Positions 1 through 12,500 of a stretch of DNA of 64,000 nt are shown here, piece after piece. The DNA lies in the NCBI RefSeq assembly GCF_037042905.1, contig NC_087245.1, positions 1,674,001 to 1,738,000 on the forward strand, written 5' to 3'. Below the pieces are notes generated by a model. That model was not told the origin of the DNA, did not search any database, and saw only the letters and a program-made list of their open reading frames with translations. The stretch's first letter is position 1. Each line of letters starts with the position of its first letter. The translations under genes and the position numbers were made by a program. Source of the DNA: Lytechinus pictus (taxonomy: Eukaryota).

Positions 1-42
1 TTCCAGATGACCCAATATTGCTTCTACAACAGATTCGGCCAT
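1..42 (-). CDS. 5' end (first 14 codons, MAESVVEAILGHLE) of a paralogous TRIM/RBCC gene running off the window edge
   Basis: Bases 1-84 are essentially identical to 16989-17072, the start of the RING-B-box ORF. ATG at 42-40 in the same CAAACC-ATG-G context. Upstream flank homology continues to about 570. Confidence 0.85.
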   Translation of the reverse strand, partial: MAESVVEAILGHLE

Positions 43-2189
43 GGTTTGTGCGGAAAGAGAAACATCAAAGTATGGTTCAACTCCTGTACAACTATAAAAC
101 AGGTAGGCCTATTACGTTAGATATTTTGCTAAACACGACTTACGAAACTTGGAAATGATACTCTCCGCTGTTTTGCAATGCACAGAGAGATGGGTTTTCC
201 CCCAATGAACTATATTTGGCATCATTCAGATGCAGTGGTCTCCGCGTTCTCTTTAGCGCTCACGTGTAATACTACTTTATGTAGTGTATGTTAAAGCTAT
301 CCATTATTCTGTTATTAGTCTGCAGGCAGCGACCTTTGGTTTTCGCATAATGAAGTAGATAGATTCACTTATTTGAGAATTTGACATCTTGTCTTTACCC
401 GAGACATGGTATGATTGGTTAAGGTATCAAATATGGGTCTCTTCTGGCAGACTAATCCATTGTCAGTTGGTCCAGTCATGAATGTAGAAATTAATGGTTC
501 AATGTCAGAGCTCTGACATGATATTCCAATGGTCTGATGTTACTAGATCCAATATTATTTCCTACGTGAGGTTTGTTTTTTATTAAAAAAAATCGATTTG
601 ATAAAAAAACTAAATCAACAGAAATGAAACAATTCATATTTTATCATTTAGCAGAATATCCAATATCTTTTACATGCTGAAAATATGAAGTTTTTTTTCA
701 GCATTTTTTTCTTCACTAATTTATTTATTTATTTTCAATTTTATAATTTTTTTCTTAATCTTTTTTTTTTGGAGGGGGGGGGGTTGTCCTCTACCCAGAC
801 TACCCTCAAAAACTTGTTTCCAGTAACAGTGCTGGGGGCCGTTTCATAAAGCTGTGTATAGGGCACCTAATAAATTCCTCATAAAATCCAGTCATGAAGG
901 TACTACTACTATTCCAACATGATACTAACATTAAACAGTAATAGATATCGCAAAGCATCAATATCCGACGTAGCAGTAATAGAAAAAGTGACCCATTTTC
1001 GCGCAAATGTCACAATTTATCTGATCAGACAGGTGTTTCATAAAGATGTTCATACAGTTACACGCGACCAGTCATGGATAAACTCATGTGAAACACCTAC
1101 CAGAGTGACTAGACTTCGATCCTCAGGTTCTTCGCAGAGTATAAAGTTTGGCGTTGAGTGTGTGGCCCATGGAGTTCCTTCCTTCGTAATAGTTTCTCAT
1201 TTCATGTCCATTAAAGAAAACAATGTGTAAGAGTATTTATATATTTGATTTATATCTTGGCAGCGGCATGTTGCATGTCGGGCAACAGTGCTGAATTTCG
1301 CTTTTGTGCCCCCTGACCCACATGCCATTCCCGAATTTCTTTGCATGTTCGCATACTGTAATTTTTTTTCTAATGTAATGTGTATGTATTTTTTTATACT
1401 TGTCGAATAATAATAATAATGACACGAAACACATGCGATTTCATTGATTTGAGAGTGTATATAGAGAATGCACCCTCACGCCAACATACCTCACGTACAT
1501 ACGTGCGCGTACATAGCAAGTGCTGAAGCACCCGGGGATGCTGCGTGTATTATTTTCCATAGGCAGCACCCCTTGGAATTCGGGTTGGTGTGTCAAATTG
1601 ATTAAATATATGGAAAATTACCAAAACTTTGTGTTGAACCCCCTCCCCCCACTTTTTTTCTTTTGCTTGTCTAATTTCTTGGGACCAAACCGGTCAAAAG
1701 AAATATGGTCTGTCACAGATTTAGTTGCATTAAAAAATTGATATTCATTGTACTAAAATTGAGAAAATCCATGGGTGAAAGAATAGCCGAGTTATAGATT
1801 TATAAAGTTATGAAATTGAGGTCATGTTCCCCCTCATTCATCAGTTTTCATGAACTATTAAAAATAACAAGTTATTCCACTGGTATTAAATGACATATGG
1901 GAGACCTAAATAATTATTTGATGTAAAAAAAAATCAAACAATAATTCATAAGTATAAAATTCTTATTTTTATTGTATTTTGCCATTCGTTCCTTTTAATT
2001 ATCTATTATCTATTTTCTGCATTTATCCAAACAATTAAACTTCAGACTAACGTGAATGTTATCAAGATTTTACAGGTCTAAACTTATTATGATGAGTAAT
2101 ATTCTGAGTATAAAAACTAGTCTCTCAACACATCGAAAACATAACACAACTCTAGTCAAGACTAACACGGAAATTACAGATGAATATAA

Positions 2190-2700
2190 TTTTAGTAAGT
2201 ATAGATCTGACTCATTTCATCTTTTGAATTTCATTTATTTTATTTATTTCAATTTCTCATTAAAAAATACAACATACCCTTCAGATAGAAATAATACACT
2301 GTATAAAAATAAAGATACAACACTGATAAAAATACAATTACAAGAGAGAATAAATGAGAATATGTGGGAGTCAGCATAGATCAAAGGCCTTTCTAAGGCT
2401 GGGCTACCGAGACCGTAGAGAAATTTTGCTGTATTCTTGGTGATAAAGAAATTTCCTCTTATTTTTCAGATTTATCTATCGGCGTCAATTAGGTGTTTTT
2501 TATAAATGTCTTTGAAAGAGGCTGATGTGCATCTTTTTATTTAGTATTTTGTTCCATAACATATAACTCCAGCATATTTTACAGATTTTCTAGGAGATTC
2601 ATAGTTTAACAGAGACAAATATTAGTCACTAGATTGTCTTGTTGAATATGAAGGACATTTTCAGTCAATATAAAATATTTTGTGAATACGGGAGGAAGCT
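2190..2700 (-). mobile_element. Decayed 3' end of a CR1/L2-group LINE
   Basis: Minus-strand translation TRQSSD*YLSLLNYESPRKSVKYAGVICY resembles the C-terminal 'TR..S.KY.G...WN' motif of CR1/L2-group ORF2. It is followed by a 3' UTR-like segment and an A-rich tail. Confidence 0.5.
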
Positions 2701-3076
2701 ACTGGTGCTCAAACACATACACTCTAAAAATAGTTGGGCAAAAAATGCCCAACTTTTAACCAACCCTGGGCAACATACTGTCTACAGAACTCCAAATTGG
2801 GTAATAAAAACTAATGATTGGGTAATAAATTTGCTCAATTTGATAATAATTGCCCAGAATACATATATTTTTTACCAACATACATAACCCAACACAATGG
2901 ACAGTATGCTGCCCAACTCTTCAAGTGTGTACATAAAAGATGCTATTTGTAAATATCACCAATTTTAAGAACTTTAAACTTTTAGAATAGTGGTACAGAA
3001 GGTGTTCTGGCATGGGAGCAAGTAAAATTGTGATGCAGGAAATATAAAAGAATATTGGGTCAAATGCATAAAAAGT

Positions 3077-3604
3077 GGCTCGGTTTAAAAATGGCAGTGG
3101 AAAAAATGGCAAAGGTAAATATGGCAGAGGAATAAATAGCAGCGGTAATTATGGCAGAGGTAATACTGGCAGAGGTAAAAATTTGAGTTGGTATTTTTTT
3201 TTCCTGGACATACATGCACGACCTCCTCATGTGAAATCGCTCTTCTAATATTCAAATTTGAAGAACACTTTGGATCTCAAATATTGTACTTAATTCATTA
3301 CAGGGGAAATTCACACTGACATAAAGTTTATTAAAATGATATTGGTGAGGGTTTTAGGGAATCCATCAAAGATTTAAAAAGCTACTAAAATTTTACATGT
3401 TAATTACCTCTGCCATTATTACCTCTGTCATTTTTACCTCTGCCATTTTTACCTCTGCCATTTTTACCTTTGCCATTTTTACCTATGCCATTATTACCTC
3501 TGCCATTTTTACCTCTGCCATTTTTACTCTGCCATTTTTATATACATCTGCCATTATTACCTCTGCCATTGCCATTATTACCTCTACCATTTTTACCTGA
3601 CACC
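3077..3604. mobile_element. Small foldback-type remnant: inverted arrays of a 15-bp subrepeat (AAAATGGCAGAGGTA / TACCTCTGCCATTTT)
   Basis: Left array about 3077-3181 starts GGCTCGGTTTAAAAATGG. Right array about 3402-3604 ends CCATTTTTACCTGACACC, the reverse complement in geometry. No TSD found. Confidence 0.55.
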
Positions 3605-6600
3605 ATCTATTCGGATCCAATATGATGAATTTAATTGAATTGGATTTATTAGAACTTCACTGGCAATTGCCAATATTTTGTTCATAACAAGAAGTACAAA
3701 ATGATACAAGACAAATATACAATGCAAGGAATATAAGCAAATAAACAAAAACAAAATAGTATTTCGTCAAAAAGAAAAAAAAGAAAGAAAAAAAAGAAAC
3801 AACCTATAAGTTATATACAAATATACACAACTTTAAGTCAGTGTGAATTTCCCCTGTAATCAAATATACACAATGATGTTGAAATATGAATAATTAAAAG
3901 ATTTGTTATTTTTCTGTTATCCAAGTTATGTAAGTGGTTCAAAGAAATCCCGAACTCGTCTATTTTCAGTGTGTTAATGGTAGCGCACATTGGTGTTTTC
4001 ATTAAAATTCGTTTGATATGTATGTGATGAAGTGCTGTTTTGCTATACGAACTGCCCAATATAAATCCTTTCATCACTCATTAATTAAAATCATTTTGGC
4101 ATGAAAATGTTTGAGTTTTATCATATCAACGATTAAGTACAGACCTAAAATGGTGAAAAACAATCCAAATAATATCTCATCAGTTCATAATACTCATTTC
4201 GTCGAGGAGTTCATTCAAGGTCAATAATTATGACTGATATTAAACGGAAAGGCTCTATCTTTTCCTTGCTGATGTAGCATGTCATGATCTTTACCTCTGT
4301 CATGTCTGTCATTTTTGCCTCTGCCATTATTACCTCTGTCATTTTTACCTCTGCCATTTTTACCTCTGTCATTATTACCTCTGCCATTATTACCTCTGCT
4401 ATTTTTACCTCTGCCATTTTTACCTTTGCCATTATTACCTCTGCCATTTTTACTCTGCCATTTTTATATACATCTGCCATTATTACCTCTGCCATTGCCA
4501 TTATTACCTCTACCATTTTTACCTGACACCATCTATTCGGATCCAATATGATGAATTTAATTGAATTGGATTTATTAGAACTTCACTGGCAATTGCCAAT
4601 ATTTTGTTCATAACAAGAAGTACAAAATGATACAAGACAAATATACAATGCAAGGAATATAAGCAAATAAACAAAAACAAAATAGTATTTCGTCAAAAAG
4701 AAAAAAAAGAAAGAAAAAAAAGAAACAACCTATAAGTTATATACAAATATACACAACTTTAAGTCAGTGTGAATTTCCCCTGTAATCAAATATACACAAT
4801 GATGTTGAAATATGAATAATTAAAAGATTTGTTATTTTTCTGTTATCCAAGTTATGTAAGTGGTTCAAAGAAATCCCGAACTCGTCTATTTTCAGTGTGT
4901 TAATGGTAGCGCACATTGGTGTTTTCATTAAAATTCGTTTGATATGTATGTGATGAAGTGCTGTTTTGCTATACGAACTGCCCAATATAAATCCTTTCAT
5001 CACTCATTAATTAAAATCATTTTGGCATGAAAATGTTTGAGTTTTATCATATCAACGATTAAGTACAGACCTAAAATGGTGAAAAACAATCCAAATAATA
5101 TCTCATCAGTTCATAATACTCATTTCGTCGAGGAGTTCATTCAAGGTCAATAATTATGACTGATATTAAACGGAAAGGCTCTATCTTTTCCTTGCTGATG
5201 TAGCATGTCATGATCTTTACCTCTGTCATGTCTGTCATTTTTGCCTCTGCCATTATTACCTCTGTCATTTTTACCTCTGCCATTTTTATATACATCTGCC
5301 ATTATTACCTCTGCCATTGCCATTATTACCTCTACCATTTTTACCTGACACCATCTATTCGGATCCAATATGATGAATTTAATTGAATTGGATTTATTAG
5401 AACTTCACTGGCAATTGCCAATATTTTGTTCATAACAAGAAGTACAAAATGATACAAGACAAATATACAATGCAAGGAATATAAGCAAATAAACAAAAAC
5501 AAAATAGTATTTCGTCAAAAAGAAAAAAAAGAAAGAAAAAAAAGAAACAACCTATAAGTTATATACAAATATACACAACTTTAAGTCAGTGTGAATTTCC
5601 CCTGTAATCAAATATACACAATGATGTTGAAATATGAATAATTAAAAGATTTGTTATTTTTCTGTTATCCAAGTTATGTAAGTGGTTCAAAGAAATCCCG
5701 AACTCGTCTATTTTCAGTGTGTTAATGGTAGCGCACATTGGTGTTTTCATTAAAATTCGTTTGATATGTATGTGATGAAGTGCTGTTTTGCTATACGAAC
5801 TGCCCAATATAAATCCTTTCATCACTCATTAATTAAAATCATTTTGGCATGAAAATGTTTGAGTTTTATCATATCAACGATTAAGTACAGACCTAAAATG
5901 GTGAAAAACAATCCAAATAATATCTCATCAGTTCATAATACTCATTTCGTCGAGGAGTTCATTCAAGGTCAATAATTATGACTGATATTAAACGGAAAGG
6001 CTCTATCTTTTCCTTGCTGATGTAGCATGTCATGATCTTTACCTCTGTCATGTCTGTCATTTTTGCCTCTGCCATTATTACCTCTGTCATTTTTATCTCT
6101 GCCATTTTTACCTCTGTCATTATTACCTCTGCCATTATTACCTCTGCTATTTTTACCTCTGCCATTTTTACCTTTGCCATTATTACCTCTGCCATTTTTA
6201 CTCTGCCATTTTTATATACATCTGCCATTATTACCTCTGCCATTGCCATTATTACCTCTACCATTTTTACCTGACACCATCTATTCGGATCCAATATGAT
6301 GAATTTAATTGAATTGGATTTATTAGAACTTCACTGGCAATTGCCAATATTTTGTTCATAACAAGAAGTACAAAATGATACAAGACAAATATACAATGCA
6401 AGGAATATAAGCAAATAAACAAAAACAAAATAGTATTTCGTCAAAAAGAAAAAAAAGAAAGAAAAAAAAGAAACAACCTATAAGTTATATACAAATATAC
6501 ACAACTTTAAGTCAGTGTGAATTTCCCCTGTAATCAAATATACACAATGATGTTGAAATATGAATAATTAAAAGATTTGTTATTTTTCTGTTATCCAAGT

Positions 6601-7131
6601 TATGTAAGTGGTTCAAAGAAATCCCGAACTCGTCTATTTTCAGTGTGTTAATGGTAGCGCACATTGGTGTTTTCATTAAAATTAGTTTGATATGTATGTG
6701 ATGAAGTGCTGTTTTGCTATACGAACTGCCCAATATTAATCCTTTCATCACTCATTAATTAAAATCATTTTGGCATGAAAATGTTTGAGTTTTATCATAT
6801 CAACGATTAAGTACAGACCTAAAATGGTGAAAAACAATCCAAATAATATCTCATCAGTTCATAATACTCATTTCGTCGAGGAGTTCATTCAAGGTCAATA
6901 ATTATGACTGATATTAAACGGAAAGGCTCTATCTTTTCCTTGCTGATGTAGCATGTCATGATCTTTACCTCTGTCATGTCTGTCATTTTTGCCTCTGCCA
7001 TTATTACCTCTGTCATTTTTACCTCTGCCATTTTTACCTCTGTCATTATTACCTCTGCCATTATTACCTCTGCTATTTTTACCTCTGCCATTTTTACCTT
7101 TGCCATTATTACCTCTGCCATTTTTACCTTT
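3402..7131. repeat. Tandem array of four ~926-bp units (periods 926, 822, 926), each a 15-mer array plus a ~690-bp spacer
   Basis: Near-identical ORF-track entries recur at 3838/4764/5586/6512. The units differ by only a few SNPs and by subrepeat number. Confidence 0.95.
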
Positions 7132-8173
7132 TGCTTGCGGTTTGAACAATAGTGACGTCACGCTGCGCTGGTGCGAACAATAGCGACGTCACGCTGCGCT
7201 GGTGCGAACACGACTCACAGAACAAAAGCGGTATTTGAAGCAAAAGTGTGGCAGTGTAAAATATCGCTTCTCTCCTGTCTGCCTGTAACATCTTTTCCTC
7301 AAACGTGCTGTCAAACATTTCTCTTTTCTAATTAAAAAATGTATAATTGGCATTCAGTTCGCACTTACTAGGAAGAAAACATGAACATGTAGGATACTGT
7401 ACACCTTGGGGTTCTCTCTCAATTTACTTAAACATGTTCTAAGACGCGATCGGGCTGATCAAGCCCCGGCCGGATCAAGCAAACGCTCAAGCTGCTCTGA
7501 AGAATCTTTGGAAAACCCAAGGAAGTAAAATCATTTCATTTGAAGTTCGGCATAATGTTAGGAATGATTAAGTCTTTATTTTGCCCTATGCAAAAACCCT
7601 ATGCAACAAGTTCTGCATGTGATCGGAGTAAAATCCAAATCGGCTTCAAGTCGCAGCCGATGACCGTTTGACGTCATTACGATTTGGAATTAAATTTGCT
7701 TTTATTCCTACAGGGAGTCTCGAACTGAACCGAGTTTCGATTTAAGTAGCCCTACCACCATTCTTTACTCTTATCGCTAAGATTCTATTGGCTGGAATGT
7801 TCATATCAAATGTTATTACAATTTCTTTAAACTTCGGATCGCAGTGACTCGCATGGTGTGCGCCGGGCTTTGGTTTGATTGAACCGTGACTAGACGACCA
7901 AAGACTAGTACGCGTAGTAGAAGACGGATGATAACATTTAATATGGGCAAGATTATGAAATGAATGATAGGTAACTAGCAATCATCAACTGGTACAATAT
8001 GGATTAAGTTTGATTTATGAATACATTTTGATCATCCATTTTTCTTATCCCGACCCCCCCCCCCCCCGAAAAAAAAATTGACGAAAAAGTGGTCTAATAC
8101 AGAATAGCAACGTATTGTTCTACCCGTTTCCTTGATCATGATCGCCATGTTTTCTGCTAGGGTAAGGGGATAC

Positions 8174-8597
8174 TTTTTTTTCTTTCAATGATTTTTTTAT
8201 TTTCATAACTTCATATACATATAACAAACATCATCATTATACATTGTACATATTATATACAAATTGAAAAAAAATACAAAACAAAGCATAATAAAAAAGG
8301 GGTAAAAATTAAAAAATAAATAAAAAACATTTCAGGATTGAATTGTTATGACATCACATTTGATTTCGTTTTCCATCAAGCTGCCTAAACTATTATATGA
8401 ATGAGGGATGTAGAATTTTCCATTTCTTTTCAAACTTAGATAATTTTTTATTCTGAATGCCAATTTGTTTTTCTATTTTGTATATTCGTTTCAGCTTTAC
8501 ATAGAACAAATCAAAAGACGGTGAAATATTCAAATGCCTGCATGTATAAATCATTTGTTTAGCTACAACTAAACTACAATTTTTCTTTACATCACCT
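8174..8597 (-). mobile_element. 5'-truncated Tx1/L1-clade LINE 3' end (ORF2 C-terminus, 3' UTR, A-rich tail)
   Basis: Minus-strand translation NCSLVVAKQMIYTCRHLNISPSFDLFYVKLKRIYKIEKQIGIQNKKLSKFERKWKILHPSFI* (stop 8395-8393) aligns with the C-terminus of the 11427-15230 ORF2 (NCIIFFIKYAIF...EEEKCLAIKSGKLSLHVKKWEEL). AATAAA and an A-rich tail lie near 8200-8174. Confidence 0.8.
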
Positions 8598-9097
8598 CTA
8601 GTTCCACGTCGAGTTGGGGGGAGAGGAGCAGTTACTGAAAGATTTATGAGTGTTAAAGAGATACCTTGGTAGTCGTTCAGCTTCCCTATTTAATGATAGA
8701 AGCTCAGTCCTGATTTTGGTACTTTCTTTACTATGCTTGTGTATCTTGCCATGGTCTTCAATATTGGGGTCTGGGTTGGGGTTGTTAAGTCCCCCTCTCA
8801 AGATTTCTACTTGAAAAGAACTCAAAGTGTTAGAATAGTTTGGTACCATAGCCTTTGTGAAGCTTTTCCGAACAAAGGCAGTGCTGGGCATTGAAGTTGA
8901 CTGCTTGCTATTCAATAGTTGAGAGTAGTTATTATTAGAACATACATAAAGGCCAAACAGCGCCAGAATAATACAAAACTGGAGAGCATCCATGGTGTAA
9001 TACAGGAAGCATTTCTTTCTTGATGACATTGTTGAGCACTGATAGTGAGAAGTCTGCTCATGCGATATTTGATCCTGTGGAACTTCTATCTCTTCAC
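8598..9097 (-). CDS. Putative terminal exon 2 of the TRIM gene: linker, hydrophobic/TM helix, degenerate 2A-like motif
   Basis: Strong acceptor (ttttgttcctctcacatacttctgcag|GTGAAG, AG at 9099-9098) in phase 1, matching the phase-1 donor at 16081. The frame is open to the stop at 8600-8598 and contains ALQFCIILALFGLYVC and YSNTLSSFQVEILRGGLNNPNPDP. Confidence 0.5.
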
Positions 9098-9216
9098 CTG
9101 CAGAAGTATGTGAGAGGAACAAAATATATCAGAGAATGAAGTCAAATGCAGAAAATATAATTTCATGGATTTAGCATTCATGAACAATGCCACCTGTCCC
9201 ATTTTCAGTAATTTAA

Positions 9217-9376
9217 TATATATATATATATATATATATAGTATATATATATGCGAAACAAATGATAATATTCACCAGTAATGTAAGTTTGCAATGCCAA
9301 CAAAGTTTTTTATTAGCTTTCTAAATTTCCGGTAGTCATCTACCTTCTTCGGGAAAGATTCATGAAGATTCATATA

Positions 9377-9423
<47 letters not shown>

Positions 9424-9446
9424 AGGGTGTGTGTGTGTGTGTGTGT
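9217..9446. repeat. (TA)n and (TA)n(TG)n microsatellites
   Basis: Directly visible at about 9217-9252 and 9383-9446. Confidence 0.9.
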
Positions 9447-9447
9447 G

Positions 9448-9523
9448 GAGGGGCCGTGGCCGAGTGGTCTAAGGCGCCTGGCTATACATGGAAAGTTCGG
9501 GGTTCGATCCGCGGCACCTATGC
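9448..9523 (+). mobile_element. tRNA-derived SINE, 5' fragment
   Basis: A box TGGCCGAGTGG and B box GGTTCGATCC. Same family as 26267-26425. Embedded in (TG)n. Confidence 0.75.
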
Positions 9524-9555
9524 TCCTATGTGTGTGTGCGTTAGGGTGTGTGTGT

Positions 9556-12500
9556 CTTTTGATTAGTAATGTGTCTTAATCAAACTAAATAATACGAGGT
9601 TTCAGCTTTACAGCTTGCTTACTCTTTATTTTTGGAGCATGGAATTGATAATGGAATTTATCAGGACAGGATCCCCCCTTAATTTTTTTTGGGGGGATGT
9701 TTTGTTTTCAATTATTTTTGTCATCGCAGTGGTTTTTTTTTAAATGGAAGGTTTATGAATTGGTACCACAATGGCAAATAAAAATATAATGCGCTTTATT
9801 TTCAGTGCTAGTTTTTAGTTGTGGTAAAACTGGAATTGAAGAGGAAGTGGTAAACCAGACGGGTGCAGTGTTTATCAGTCTATTCCTCAATTGCAGGAGG
9901 ATCCACCCTATTCACGCATTATTTGGTTCCTATAGAATTTAATGTTGGAAATAGACTTGAGTTCTTTGGATATAATATGTTTGGGTTATTAACTTGGTGT
10001 TGGCATATTAGCTATGCATGACCGCCAAGTTAATGGCATGGGAAAGTGTGGTTGGGTGACTGGCGAATTGTTGCTTTGGATATGTTGGATGTTGAATGAA
10101 TTTGATTAGAGTAAATAGGTCTTTAGTCCTCATTAACAAGGGAAAAAAAAGGACTGGAATGTTGATATTATTGAAAACAGGTATATGCTCAGAGAATAAG
10201 AAATCATTCCTTCATTATTTATTCATTTCCTTTGTGTATGGAATGTAATTGCTTTTTACGTGCAAAGTGCAGGTGTAGTTAACCATTCACGTGTGTAGGT
10301 CCTTTTAGCTTTTTATCTCTCTTTGCCCTGATTAGGGCTCTGATGCATAACTCCGGCAAGGCAAGGCTATCAGTCTTTGGAAAATATTTATGGAAAAAAA
10401 AGAATGCGATTTGATTAGTTATGCGTCTTAATCAAACTAAAAAATACGAGGTTTCAGCTTTACAGCTTGCTTACTCTTTACTTTCGGAGCATGGAATTGA
10501 TAATGGAATTTATTAGGACAAGCTCCCCCCTTATTTTTTTTTTTTTTTTGGGGGGGGGGTTGTTTTGTTTTCAATCATTTTTGCCACCGCAGTGGTTTTT
10601 GACAAGGAAGGTTTATGAATTGGTATTATTATAATACACTCACTTTAAAGATATAGATGTAAAGTTGTAAGGAAATGGTGCATGATTTTCGTTGTTTGAT
10701 TATCCTTACATCAATGATGTAAGAGATGTTCTAGCTAGTTGCAGCTAGACGGATAGCTAGCTGTATAGCCTTTTTCATTTTAGTATGAAGATGAATAATT
10801 TAGTAGATCGTTCTCTTTTATGTCATGTTTGCATCTGAGTAAAACCAAGAAGAGATTTCTTTGAAAAAATCCAAACCCCCACTTTTTTATGCTTGAGTTA
10901 TAGTACATGAAGTAAAGATGAGAATATTCATTCTGAAACAAATTTAGGCACATCGGAAAAGTCTCATTGCAGTTGGTTTTATGGGGGGGGGGGTAATTTA
11001 GAAAGTAATGGAAAGGTATTTTCTTTTCTACGGTAAACCAGACAGGTGCAGTGTTAAACAATCAATTCCTTGAATTGCAGAAGGATTCATCCTATTCACG
11101 CATTATTTGGTTCCTATAGAATTTAATGTTGGAAATAGACGGGAGTTTCTTTGGATATAATATGTTTGGGTTAGGCTTAACTTGGTGTTGGCATATTAGA
11201 TATGCATGACCTCCACGTTAATGGCATGGGGAAGTGTGGTTGGATGACTGGCGAATTATTGTGTTGGATATGTTGGATGTTGAATGAATGGGGGTGTTTG
11301 GAGTGTGATACTATGAGAGGGCGTGGTTGTATTGTGTTTGTGTTGCCTGTTTGCATTTCATGGGTAGTCTTTCATGTCTTTCATTCATTCAGGTTCTGTT
11401 GTATTTTTCGGATTGGGTAAAAGTGTATGGATAGAAGGTTATATTTTACTTTACTCACTTTAAATGTCAGAGGTCTAAGAGACAAGGCTAAAAGAAAAAA
11501 CATTTTTGAATTTTGCAAAAATAAAGGGAGTAATATTGTGTTTTTACAGGAAACCTATAGTACGGAAGAGGTTGAAGAGAAGTGGAAATTAGAGTGGAAT
11601 GGGCCTATATTGTTTAGTCATGGAACGAACCATAGTAGAGGTGTTTCAGTTCTCATTTCTCCAATTTTAAATATAAAAATGGATAATGTTATTTTTGATG
11701 AAAATGGAAGATACGTCGTTATGAAGTTTGAATTTCAACAATCTAAAATAATTTTAGTTAATTGTTATTTCCCCACAAGAGATAAGGAGAAGATGCAAAT
11801 TGAATTTTTAGAGGAACTAGATAAATGTATTTCAAAGCTTTACAGCTCTGAAGAAATGATAATTATTGGGGGAGATTTTAATACAATAATGAATGGAGAT
11901 TTGGATTATTTAGGTCCAAGAATCTTTTATAAAAACAGATTTAACAAGAAATTTGATGGATTTTTAGATAGATTCGGTTTAGAAGATATATGGAGGAGGA
12001 TGAATCCTGAAAAGAAACAATTTACATTCAGGCAAAAATGTCCTATTATGCAAAGTCGATTGGATTATTGGTTCGGGTCCTCTGCTTTTCAGCATTTAGT
12101 TAATGGTTGTGATATTGTAACATCAATCACGCCAGATCATTCGGGCGTTCTGCTTCAATTAACAAGCAATGTAGACAAGCCACACTTAGGCAATTCATAT
12201 TGGAAGTTCAACAATAGTCTGTGCGCAGATCAGGAATTCGTGAATTTATTCAAAGATAAAATAGTTGAATTAAAAAAAGAATGGCTCCCGAAAATAGAAG
12301 ATAAATTATTGTTGTGGGATTTTTTAAAAATGAAAATGAGGGAGTTTATTAATAAGTACACAAAGAAAAAAGCAAAGCTTAGGAAACATGAAATTGAAAA
12401 ATTAGAGGAAGATATAAGAAGTTTGGAAATCCACCTATCGACTCAGCCTTCGAGGAAAATACTTGATGAAATGGAGGAGAAAAAGTCTAAATTGAACAGA

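Noticed and set aside
3301-3856. TA-flanked MITE defined by CAGGGGAAATTCACACTGAC inverted repeats
   Set aside because: The right-hand copy is flanked by its own 13-bp duplication and interrupts a continuous sequence, which fits a templated insertion better than a TIR pair.
3397-7183. Repetitive ORFs (TSAIF, MAEVK, LPLPF, GRGKN)
   Set aside because: They are translations of a stop-free 15-bp tandem repeat, open in several frames and on both strands.
9448-9523. Possible tRNA gene (also 26267-26340)
   Set aside because: A and B boxes are present but there is no proper anticodon or acceptor stem, and the sequence continues into a SINE body.
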